Positions 35,304-43,641 of a stretch of DNA of 54,970 nt are shown here, piece by piece. Source of the stretch: an uncultured virus (IMG/VR IMGVR_UViG_3300044617_000992) (taxonomy: Duplodnaviria > Heunggongvirae > Uroviricota > Caudoviricetes); the IMG/VR virus record IMGVR_UViG_3300044617_000992. One strand, written 5' to 3'. Position 1 is the stretch's first letter; each line of letters begins with the position of its first letter. Under the pieces are notes generated by a model. It was given only the letters and a program-made list of their open reading frames with translations. It was not told the DNA's origin and did not search any database. Both the position numbers and the translations under genes were made by a program.

Positions 35304-36307
35304 TACCCTCCGTATAAGAATTCTTTTTGTGCTGCTTCATCCAATGCCTGCATTACTTCACCTGTGAAGTATTTTTCTGGATTTTCCATTATGGTTTTCC
35401 CATATTGCGATCCGAACGCAGTTTCGTACCTAGTCCCAGACTTTTTGAATATTTCATATTTCTCAGCCAAATCAAGAAGACCATAATACTTATCAAGACC
35501 ACGATCATCATAATACAACCTTACCTCCACTGTTTTGTTTTCTTTACTAAGTCTGGACTTATGAGTTGTTGCTTTAATAATGTTTCCAACAACTTCTCTA
35601 CCATCCTTTTCTTTCTTCTTAGAAAGGTAGATGATTGTAGATGCTGCATACTTAAGTCCAGAACCACCACTCATTTCTTTAGTTGGAACATAGGCACCAA
35701 CAACATCATAGGTATGATTGGTGACAATCATTGGAATGTTTGCTTGACCCAGTTTCAAGGTTAGCATCCTGAAGGCACCTTTGACAAGTTGGGATTTAGT
35801 CATATCTCTAACTTGCTTTTCATTTAGTGCGTCAGTAATTTCCTTTTCAGTAGAAAGCATTCCAAGAGAATCAAGAACAAACATACAAGGACTTCTATCT
35901 TCTTCCTTCTTCTTCAGATACATATCGACTGCCTTGAGTGCTTTAGATCGAAACTCCTCAATAGTAACTACATTCAGTACAACGATTCGTTTAACATCCA
36001 TTCCCCTGGATACTAGTAATGATTTGTTGATAGCAGCCTCAGTGTCAAAGTAGAGACAGTAACCATCGGGATTAGTATCAAGAAAGTTCTTAACCACTGC
36101 GAGAGAGAAAAAAGTCTTTCCAGTAGAAGACTCTCCAGCAATAGCAGTAATCTTATTCCCAGATACACCGCCAAGTACACTACCTGAAACCAGTGCATTA
36201 AAAATGTATGAACCTGTATCAACATAGTTTTCTGTTTCCTCTATATCAGATGCTAATGATGCATATTCACCACCAACTTCTTTAATTATATCCTTTAAAA
36301 AATCCAT
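35303..36307 (-). CDS. uvsX: RecA-like recombinase
   Basis: [31 protein letters not shown]. Confidence 0.95.
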   Translation of the reverse strand: MDFLKDIIKEVGGEYASLASDIEETENYVDTGSYIFNALVSGSVLGGVSGNKITAIAGESSTGKTFFSLAVVKNFLDTNPDGYCLYFDTEAAINKSLLVSRGMDVKRIVVLNVVTIEEFRSKALKAVDMYLKKKEEDRSPCMFVLDSLGMLSTEKEITDALNEKQVRDMTKSQLVKGAFRMLTLKLGQANIPMIVTNHTYDVVGAYVPTKEMSGGSGLKYAASTIIYLSKKKEKDGREVVGNIIKATTHKSRLSKENKTVEVRLYYDDRGLDKYYGLLDLAEKYEIFKKSGTRYETAFGSQYGKTIMENPEKYFTGEVMQALDEAAQKEFLYGG

Positions 36308-36427
36308 TCAATTGTCTCCTGTAAATAATAGTCTCCATAGTTTGTAATATAACTCTCGATCTTTAGTAGGTTTCAGATAATTTAATATTTCTTTCACCTC
36401 TTCCTTTTTAAGTTTTATAGTTATCAT
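36308..36427 (-). CDS. Small hypothetical protein (39 aa, MITIKLKKEEVKEILNYL...)
   Basis: Hand-translated; ATGA overlap with the gp43 stop; fills the gap to uvsX exactly. Confidence 0.55.
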   Translation of the reverse strand: MITIKLKKEEVKEILNYLKPTKDRELYYKLWRLLFTGDN

Positions 36428-38919
36428 ATGAAAAGTGATTCAATTGTATTTGTCTTTTCAACTCTCCATCCAATGCAATGAAGTATAATTTTCAATGGAT
36501 CTAGAAAACTCTTCTCGAATTGCAAATCATAATCAACATACCTTTCCAAATTTAATTCCTTTGGGAATTTTTGAATGAATGAAATAACATTTTCGTGAAT
36601 TGTATTTGGTTTCTTGAGATAGCAGAACTTTACTTTCTCTCCATTGTTGATAGTTGGATATTTTGAATCCAACTTGTTCTTCCTCACATAGTAATTATAT
36701 AACAAAGAACCTCTGATATGAATAGGAGTCCTTTCTATGTAAATTGAATGTGCCGATTTATATTTCCCAAGATTATTAGCAGTTCTAGGGAATGATATAT
36801 CTTCTGGAAGTAGTGAATTGAATTCCTTCTTACATTTAGACACAAAATCAATTAGATCATCCTCGGTTTTAGTCATAATGATTTTAAGAGCATCTTTAAT
36901 CATTTGACGACAAGGTGCAGGAGTAGAAGATTTAACTGCTTCAATTCCCATAATCTTTAGTTTTGGTTCAGAGTATCGAACTCCTTCACTGTCCCATACG
37001 TTAAGGATATAACGTTTCTTGGCAGTCCAGATTCCACGGTCAGCAATATTCTCCCGTTTCATCTGCATCTTTTGATCGTATGCGTTCACATAGTCAGCCA
37101 GTTCTTGGTAGCAACCTTCAATATATTTTTCAAGTTCCACACTACAGATCTTATCAAGGAACGAAACAATGCTTTCAGTAGTTTTCTCTCTTCCTTGGTA
37201 TATACGTTCAACCAAAGGACCCATATTAAGGTAAATAGAATCAGTATCTGAAGCAATAACATAATCAGCATTTTCAGTCTTGAGAAGTTTATTTAGATAT
37301 GTATTCATTTTATTCTCAATCCATCGGATTGAAACCTGACCCGAAAGAGTAATTGCTTCAGCATTTTCAATAAGAAAATACCTGAAGTATTCATTTCCGA
37401 CAGCACCATAAGCAGAGTTAAGTTGGATCTTTCTTGCTAATTGAATGTTGTTACAACGAGCAATTTCCTTTTCCAAATCTTTCGTTGGGGTCTTTTCATA
37501 TTGCTGCTTTGCAGCAAGCATCTTCTTCTTGTAGATGGTTCGTTCACTATAAATTTTATCCATCAACTCAGGCAAAAATCCTCGGATGTCCTTACGATAC
37601 TGGGCACCATTAGCACACACAGAATAAGGATAATCCTTTGGTATTTCGACTTCCTTATTAAGAATTTTATTCACAGAAATTCCTGGAAACTTTCCATCTA
37701 CCAATGTTTCGGGACTTACATTGTATTGCATAATCAAGTGTGGATAAAGACTATTCAAGTCAAAACTCACAACATAATCATACTTTCCTGGAACTGGTTC
37801 CTTAACATATGCACCTTCATATCTTTGATCCTTTTTAGAATCTTTCTTGAAAGGTATTACTACATTTTTAGTAAGAAGGTAATTGTAGATGATTGCATCC
37901 CACATTCTAACTTGATAGAACACGTCGTTAAAATTACTCTTGGCATCATATGCCATAGTGATAGCAAGTTCAATGAGACGCATTTTATCCTCAAGTTTGT
38001 CCACAAGTTGAACGTCCTTGATGTTATACTCTACAAATTTCTGCCAATCTTTGGAATAAAATTCTTTAAAGGTATCATACTCCGAGTGGTCCAATTTATT
38101 CTGACCGAGTTCCACAAAGGCAATGTGGTCCAAACGATATGATTCTTGATTGGTATATGTAAATTTCTTATACAAATCAAGATAATCTAGAATGGTAGTT
38201 CCAGCAATATCATATCTGATTTGAGGTCTGCCATTTATAATTGCTTCATTCTCAGTTACTATTCCCCAAGTGGAAAGTTGTTTGGCAACTTTCTCACCAA
38301 GAACTCTAGAAATTCTTCTATAGAGATAGGGGATATCATAATATTCGCAATTCCATCCAGTAATAACTTCGGGACAATTATTTTCCCAATAGAACATAAA
38401 TCTATCGAGGAGATCATATTCACTATTGCACTGAATGTATTTTACGTTTGGATCATTGTTTTCAAAGGATTTGATTCCCCAAGTAGTAACCTTCTTCGTA
38501 GAATAATCCTGAATGGATATTGCCAATACTTCTTCTTGGGCAGATTGAACATCAGGGAATCCAATTTCAGAAGCAACCTCAATGTCAATCGTGATTAATT
38601 TAATTTTTGAAATATCAAACTTGATAACTTCATCCCTATAGTTCTCTGTGATATATTGATTGATATATCGAGTATTTCCATAAAGTTGAAAGTTATCAAT
38701 CTTTTGATACTTATCAATGAATTCTCTAGTTTCCCTAATAGTTCCCGGTTTAATTTCTTCTACATAATTACCCTCAAGAGTTTTGAATTTAGTTTTTTTA
38801 TTACTTGTTACATATAAGGTTGGATAAAACATTTCCCTATTTTGAAAATGCTCTCCATTCTTAAACCCTCTGGAAAGTATTTCGTTTCCGACAAGAACTA
38901 CGTTGGTGTAAAAATTCAT
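36424..38919 (-). CDS. gp43: Family B DNA polymerase
   Basis: DIEV exonuclease motif, SFDLNSLYP, KIQLNSAYG, SDTDS, KKRY; uninterrupted. Confidence 0.97.
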   Translation of the reverse strand: MNFYTNVVLVGNEILSRGFKNGEHFQNREMFYPTLYVTSNKKTKFKTLEGNYVEEIKPGTIRETREFIDKYQKIDNFQLYGNTRYINQYITENYRDEVIKFDISKIKLITIDIEVASEIGFPDVQSAQEEVLAISIQDYSTKKVTTWGIKSFENNDPNVKYIQCNSEYDLLDRFMFYWENNCPEVITGWNCEYYDIPYLYRRISRVLGEKVAKQLSTWGIVTENEAIINGRPQIRYDIAGTTILDYLDLYKKFTYTNQESYRLDHIAFVELGQNKLDHSEYDTFKEFYSKDWQKFVEYNIKDVQLVDKLEDKMRLIELAITMAYDAKSNFNDVFYQVRMWDAIIYNYLLTKNVVIPFKKDSKKDQRYEGAYVKEPVPGKYDYVVSFDLNSLYPHLIMQYNVSPETLVDGKFPGISVNKILNKEVEIPKDYPYSVCANGAQYRKDIRGFLPELMDKIYSERTIYKKKMLAAKQQYEKTPTKDLEKEIARCNNIQLARKIQLNSAYGAVGNEYFRYFLIENAEAITLSGQVSIRWIENKMNTYLNKLLKTENADYVIASDTDSIYLNMGPLVERIYQGREKTTESIVSFLDKICSVELEKYIEGCYQELADYVNAYDQKMQMKRENIADRGIWTAKKRYILNVWDSEGVRYSEPKLKIMGIEAVKSSTPAPCRQMIKDALKIIMTKTEDDLIDFVSKCKKEFNSLLPEDISFPRTANNLGKYKSAHSIYIERTPIHIRGSLLYNYYVRKNKLDSKYPTINNGEKVKFCYLKKPNTIHENVISFIQKFPKELNLERYVDYDLQFEKSFLDPLKIILHCIGWRVEKTNTIESLFI

Positions 38920-39182
38920 TTAATAGTTTTCAAATAAAGTTCAACTTGATCTGGTGTTGGATCTACAATAGTAAAGATTGAGTCTGAATGAATTTTAAGT
39001 TCCCTCTGGTCTGTAAATACAGGCCATCGTCTCATCTCATAAGTATTACGATCAGAGACTATCATTTGAACTGGGTTTACCAATTTACAATCAGGTTCTC
39101 CAAGATCAGATTCGGGAACTTCATGAACTTCTGATACTAAAATAGCATCATTCTTCAGAATTAGAATTTTCAGGTTTTGCAT
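38916..39182 (-). CDS. Hypothetical phage protein
   Basis: 88-aa ORF; LGEPDCKLVNP. Confidence 0.7.
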   Translation of the reverse strand: MQNLKILILKNDAILVSEVHEVPESDLGEPDCKLVNPVQMIVSDRNTYEMRRWPVFTDQRELKIHSDSIFTIVDPTPDQVELYLKTIK

Positions 39183-39441
39183 TAATTCTCTCCATATAAG
39201 AGTTTAAAATTTCATCTTTGGGTTCTAGCACAGATACTACCCAATCACACGGAATAGGAACAGAAGTGTCTTTAGAAAGAGGGGCATAAGGATAGAATCC
39301 AACTTGACTTCCATCAGAACTCAAAGACACAACATATGGATTGACAAGAACATATCCAATAGTCTTGTCAGAAGATACCATCTCCTTTACATCTGCGATG
39401 ACATCTTCCATCGACTTAAGAATTACAATTTTTACTGACAT
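39148..39441 (-). CDS. Hypothetical phage protein
   Basis: Likely start MSVKIVILKS; resembles its downstream neighbour in pattern. Confidence 0.7.
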   Translation of the reverse strand: MSVKIVILKSMEDVIADVKEMVSSDKTIGYVLVNPYVVSLSSDGSQVGFYPYAPLSKDTSVPIPCDWVVSVLEPKDEILNSYMERINAKPENSNSEE

Positions 39442-39475
39442 ACTCGGTCTAACATCTCCAGTGTATTCTAGCAAC

Positions 39476-39517
39476 AAAAAAAGGAGGAGTCAACCTGGAT
39501 TTTGCCAGGTGCTCCTC
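39476..39517 (-). terminator. Terminator after hsp20, overlapping a sigma70-type -35 box
   Basis: GAGGAG...ACCTGG-CAAAAT-CCAGGT...CTCCTC + T-run; TTGACT-17 nt-TAGAAT. Confidence 0.7.
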
Positions 39518-39540
39518 GCGCCGACGATATTCAATTATAT

Positions 39541-39975
39541 TTATAGATAATCTTTACGTGCGTGATGTTCTGGAACAATCTTTCCTAGTCGAATGACAAG
39601 TAATCCATCTTCAAAGGTGACTTCTCTAACTTCTGTGTCGTCCGATAGGGTCCAGGTTCTTTTGAAATCTCTGCTAGCCAAGCCCTTGTGGATAAACGTC
39701 CCGTCCGACTGATTGTCAGGTTTTTTTCCTTCGACAAAAAGTTTTCCATACTCTGTGAAGACATGAACCTCCTCCTTCTTAAATCCTGCAAGAGCAATCT
39801 CTAGACGAGATTCTACATTATTTACCTGAACTAGATTGTATGGGGGATAATTCGATGTAGTTTCGTGAAGACTAAAGATACGATCAAAATATTCATCAAG
39901 TCCAATAGTGTTGCGATTAATTCTTTCCAGCAAAGCAGGAAGATCCGAAGCTTGATATTTCATCAGATTAGTCAT
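39541..39975 (-). CDS. hsp20: Small heat-shock protein (Hsp20/IbpA-like)
   Basis: NYPPYNL, EIALAGF, HKGLASRDF, FEDGLL. Confidence 0.95.
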   Translation of the reverse strand: MTNLMKYQASDLPALLERINRNTIGLDEYFDRIFSLHETTSNYPPYNLVQVNNVESRLEIALAGFKKEEVHVFTEYGKLFVEGKKPDNQSDGTFIHKGLASRDFKRTWTLSDDTEVREVTFEDGLLVIRLGKIVPEHHARKDYL

Positions 39976-40028
39976 TATGGTAGCTCCTTTGTAAGCGAGT
40001 TTGTGTTTTGTGGACCCCTAAGGCATCC
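39976..40028 (-). promoter_or_regulatory. ROSE-like RNA thermometer candidate in the hsp20 leader
   Basis: CUC-G-CUU-ACA-AAGGAG hairpin pairs UCGCU with the SD; upstream hairpin GGAUGCC-UUA-GGGGUCC. Confidence 0.5.
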
Positions 40029-40050
40029 ATTAGTAATTATACAAGATACG

Positions 40051-40131
40051 AAAAAAAGAGGTATCGGCAAAACCGAACCTCTTTTTAGGGTGTTCCGACT
40101 TTCGTAGAGACCGCACGAAAGGTCTCGTACT
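40051..40131 (-). ncRNA. Candidate structured small RNA between regA and hsp20 (abiF-motif-like?)
   Basis: ATAAATA at 40138-40132; interleaved pairings GAGACC/GGUCUC and CUUUCGU/ACGAAAG; terminator AAAAAGAGG...CCUCUUUUUUU. Confidence 0.5.
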
Positions 40132-40134
40132 TAT

Positions 40135-40575
40135 TTATTCAGATTCTTCAGTTCTACGTTTCTTGGATCCGATATTATACTTGGTCTCAAGAACCCAGTC
40201 GTCCTTATCTTTGTAAGAAAGAACTTTGATTTGATTCAATGGTGCGATGTCTGAAATTTGATCGACATTAACAACACTAATAAGACCCCAATCAGCCAAA
40301 AGTTGGATGATACGATTACGTCTTTGGAAATCATTTACCGTAATATTTGCGTGCTTTCCATCAAGAGCAAAGAGTTCCTTAAAATGTGTAATATAATATT
40401 TACCTTGCTTATGAAGAATATGGCAAGATTGATAGATCTTTTTCTCCTTCCGAGAAGCAACTCCAATTCGAGTTAATGTTTCTCTGACTTTAAGAAAATC
40501 ATCAGGTTCATTCAAAATGACTTCCACCATTTGAGATGGAGTCCAATCTACTTTTGGCTCAATAACAACACTCAT
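40135..40575 (-). CDS. regA: Translational repressor RegA
   Basis: DFLKVRETLTRIG, YQSCHILHKQGKYYI.HFKEL, RRNRI..LL.DWGL. Confidence 0.95.
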   Translation of the reverse strand: MSVVIEPKVDWTPSQMVEVILNEPDDFLKVRETLTRIGVASRKEKKIYQSCHILHKQGKYYITHFKELFALDGKHANITVNDFQRRNRIIQLLADWGLISVVNVDQISDIAPLNQIKVLSYKDKDDWVLETKYNIGSKKRRTEESE

Positions 40576-40958
40576 TTCATTCCTCCAATTTCAGATTTCG
40601 ATTTTATAAAGTTAAGTTGTTCTTGTGTGAGAATTTTCAAAGCTTGGAGTGCTTTTTCATTACTATAACCATAGTAAGATTTCACTATATCAAGATCTTT
40701 GATTTTTTCTTTTCGGATCCAAGGAGAAAATCTTTTCCTTTTCCTAACAATATTTATATAAAAATCATATTGCATTTTTTTATCTAATGAATGGTTCATA
40801 TTCATTTCATTAGAATACATCAAAGTATCAATATGACCTGACATACATCTATTAATAATGAACGGTGGATACTCCCGTTCATTTGATATATCTTCTTCAA
40901 TAATACTCTTTTTAGTAGTATTAATTGAGTTCAACCAATCTTTAAGTTCTATCTTCAT
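40572..40958 (-). CDS. gp62: Clamp loader small subunit
   Basis: YPPFIINR, EMN, QYDFY...RKRKRF.PW, YYGYS; likely start MKIELKDW. Confidence 0.9.
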   Translation of the reverse strand: MKIELKDWLNSINTTKKSIIEEDISNEREYPPFIINRCMSGHIDTLMYSNEMNMNHSLDKKMQYDFYINIVRKRKRFSPWIRKEKIKDLDIVKSYYGYSNEKALQALKILTQEQLNFIKSKSEIGGMK

Positions 40959-41106
40959 TGGAATAAACTGGAGGATGAAAATTGCAATATTCGTTAAACA
41001 CAATCTTACATTCTTTTTGAGTTAGATTGCAATAATCTGCTGCCTTTGGCAAATTCCATTTGGCATTAAAAAGCATTTCCATTGCCTTTCTTGTTTCAGG
41101 TCTCAT
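40942..41106 (-). CDS. Small hypothetical protein (54 aa, MRPETRKAMEMLFNAKWNLPKAA...)
   Basis: Hand-translated; ATGA overlap with the gp44 stop. Confidence 0.6.
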   Translation of the reverse strand: MRPETRKAMEMLFNAKWNLPKAADYCNLTQKECKIVFNEYCNFHPPVYSNEDRT

Positions 41107-42053
41107 TTAAAATTCACCTCAACCATAATTTCAGTTAATGCTGCAAGAAGATTAATTTCTTGGTCTGCCACAAATGCACTTTGATATTGATACTTTGCTA
41201 CAATCAAAACTGCAGCAGCAATACTTGGACCATCAACTTTCTCATAAAGAGCATCATAAACTTTCCTGAGAATTGTTGATGAATCATTATCCATATTCAG
41301 AGAAACCCATTTCCTAACCTCTGGGAAATTTTTTTCCTTTAGGTTCTTAATTAGGTCAGTTACTGATACATCAGAGAATGTGGTTAGAATTCCAGAGTCA
41401 ATCTTTCCACTTACAGAGTATCTTTGACACTCATTGAGGACCCTCCTCCAGTCTGGGAAATGACTGTTGATAATTTGTGCCAGAACTTTTTGCTCAAATT
41501 CAATGCTCTCTTCCTCAAGAATAGACCCGAGACGCTTGAAGAACTCTCCTGCAAGTTTTGTTTTTTCCTTCCCTTTAATTGAGAAATCAACAACTGCACA
41601 TCTTGAATGTAGGGGTTCGATGATCTTGTTCTTATAGTTGCAGGTGAAGATGAATCTACAGTTTTTATAGAACGTCTCAATATTTGCCCTAAGTAAGAGT
41701 TGTACATCTGTGGTGGTATTGTCTGCCTCATCAATAATGATGACTTTATGTTTTCCAGTTGCTTGAAGTGATACGGTCGAAGCAAAGTTCTTTGCTTGAT
41801 TCCTGACAGTATCGAGAAATCTCCCTTCATCTGATCCATTGATGACATAATAATCTACTCCCAACTCTTCACATAGTGCTTTTGCTACTGTGGTTTTACC
41901 ACATCCTGCAGGACCAGCAAGAAGAAGATTAGGAACTTCTCCTTTATCTACAAAGTCCTGAAATGTTTTCTTAATGCCTGCTGGCAAAATACAATCTTCA
42001 ATTTTCTTTGGTCGGTATTTTTCGACCCAGAGGAAGTCTTTACTCATAATCAA
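41103..42053 (-). CDS. gp44: Clamp loader large subunit (AAA+)
   Basis: WVEKYRP, GPAGCGKTT, IDEAD, LHSRC. Confidence 0.96.
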   Translation of the reverse strand: MIMSKDFLWVEKYRPKKIEDCILPAGIKKTFQDFVDKGEVPNLLLAGPAGCGKTTVAKALCEELGVDYYVINGSDEGRFLDTVRNQAKNFASTVSLQATGKHKVIIIDEADNTTTDVQLLLRANIETFYKNCRFIFTCNYKNKIIEPLHSRCAVVDFSIKGKEKTKLAGEFFKRLGSILEEESIEFEQKVLAQIINSHFPDWRRVLNECQRYSVSGKIDSGILTTFSDVSVTDLIKNLKEKNFPEVRKWVSLNMDNDSSTILRKVYDALYEKVDGPSIAAAVLIVAKYQYQSAFVADQEINLLAALTEIMVEVNFK

Positions 42054-42577
42054 ATCCAGTCAGGTTTTCTAGATGGGATGCGAAGATAATTATCCGCAAC
42101 CCAAGGTTTTGAAGCAATATATCTCTTATATGCCTCAAAGGTGTCAATAGTATTGTCGTGCTTCCATTCGTCTGGCATTGCACGGGTGAATGACTTCACA
42201 TTCTTATGAATATAGATGGTATCACAAGTTTTCATTGTGAATATGTATTCTGCTTCGTGCAGTCCATCAAAACAAGAATGTTTCTTGCCATATCGATTTT
42301 TATATTCATTGCAGAGAGCATATCCGTGCCGAATCAACCAGGCAAGGTTTTCATATGACTCTGCTGCCCATTGAGTGCAAGGATGATTTCTAAATGCTCC
42401 CTTTGCGGTGCTATAGGGGGTCCCATCCTTCTTAGGAATAGTTCCCCAGTTATGATACCAGGGACTGTAGATAATAGAAATCATCTGACAGCACTCCAGA
42501 GGCATCTTTACAATATGTTTATCTGGAAGTGCTGCAGCAGATAGAACTGGACATTCATCCGTCACAAAAATGTTCAT
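42050..42577 (-). CDS. Pyrimidine-dimer DNA glycosylase-like (DenV-like) protein
   Basis: MNIF...DKHIVKMPLE..Q, NHPCTQW, EY..RYGK.H, AMPD. Confidence 0.7.
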   Translation of the reverse strand: MNIFVTDECPVLSAAALPDKHIVKMPLECCQMISIIYSPWYHNWGTIPKKDGTPYSTAKGAFRNHPCTQWAAESYENLAWLIRHGYALCNEYKNRYGKKHSCFDGLHEAEYIFTMKTCDTIYIHKNVKSFTRAMPDEWKHDNTIDTFEAYKRYIASKPWVADNYLRIPSRKPDWI

Positions 42578-42595
42578 AATAAAAAAATTAAACAA

Positions 42596-43261
42596 TCAAC
42601 CAAAAGTGGAATCAGGTTCAAGGGCAATAAAATAAGTCAATTTATATTTTTGACTCATAAATTTCGCAGACAGTTGTTTTGAAATTACTACATCATAACT
42701 TCCTGGAATAATTTTAATATTCTCTTCCTTGAAGTTGAGAGTAAATTCTTCATCAGTCTCCCCTACCTCTAGGGAATATTCATTTGAGGTATCATTGTTC
42801 TTATCTCGAACCACAATACGTATCGTACCATCCTTCCCGATCACTGACAAGTCAGGAAGTTTATAGACTGCTGCTGCTTTCTTAAGTTTGTCCAGTTGAG
42901 AATGCTCCACTTGGAAACAAACATCTTGAGATGGGAGTTCGATTTCCTTTTCTGGAGGACAGACAATTACTTCTGGATCTGCATAGAAATATTTAACTTT
43001 TCTCTTACCTTCTTTAATTTGAACATATGAATCATTATCAAAATCTAGATCTGGATCTTGGTGCAATTCAATTCCATTCAAAAATTCATTGAGATCATAA
43101 ATTGCGAAGTTTTTTGGAAATGTTTCAGTAACTTCAACTTCAGCATAAATGTTCTTAAGAATTGAAATGGTTCTAATTTTGGAACCAGATTTAATCAAAA
43201 TAGATTGATTAATTGTAGAGAAGTTTTTGAGGATGTTAATTGTATGTGCTGATAGTTTCAT
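42596..43261 (-). CDS. gp45: Sliding clamp
   Basis: MKLS..TINILKNFSTINQS, FAIYDLNEFL, YFIALE. Confidence 0.95.
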   Translation of the reverse strand: MKLSAHTINILKNFSTINQSILIKSGSKIRTISILKNIYAEVEVTETFPKNFAIYDLNEFLNGIELHQDPDLDFDNDSYVQIKEGKRKVKYFYADPEVIVCPPEKEIELPSQDVCFQVEHSQLDKLKKAAAVYKLPDLSVIGKDGTIRIVVRDKNNDTSNEYSLEVGETDEEFTLNFKEENIKIIPGSYDVVISKQLSAKFMSQKYKLTYFIALEPDSTFG

Positions 43262-43596
43262 TTATTTTCAATGAGATTGAGGTGATTGATGAGGAGAATA
43301 GTGTAATGAAGGACCTTAAACAAGTCGGCACGAGGAGTTCCCTTAGTGTCATACCTGTCGATGTATTTGGTAACATTCCCAGCACAAAAACCTTCCCTAC
43401 GATTATGTTTAATTTTGTCTAGAGTCTGTTCTGTGCCACCTCCAGTTCTATCAACATAATGCTGTCCATACGTAGACTTAATATATTCTTCCAACTGCTT
43501 GAGGATTTTATCCTCATTATATTTCCAAAAGTTATTCAAATTTTTAGATTCCTCCTTAAAGTCAAAATTAGAAATCGAAATAAAATCATCATTCAT
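43258..43596 (-). CDS. DUF3310 / T7 gp1.7-like nucleotide-kinase domain protein
   Basis: QHY...GFCAGNVTKYIDRY..KG...DLFKVLHY; TTGACT-17 nt-TAGACT upstream. Confidence 0.6.
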   Translation of the reverse strand: MNDDFISISNFDFKEESKNLNNFWKYNEDKILKQLEEYIKSTYGQHYVDRTGGGTEQTLDKIKHNRREGFCAGNVTKYIDRYDTKGTPRADLFKVLHYTILLINHLNLIENK

Positions 43597-43641
43597 AGTA
43601 AAGTAAAGTATCTCTTAAACAGTCTATCAAATCTGAAGGGG

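Noticed and set aside
24081..38919. Introns or inteins in nrdA, nrdB, gp61, gp41, uvsX or gp43
   Set aside because: All are continuous, of normal length, and show no inserted splicing domains
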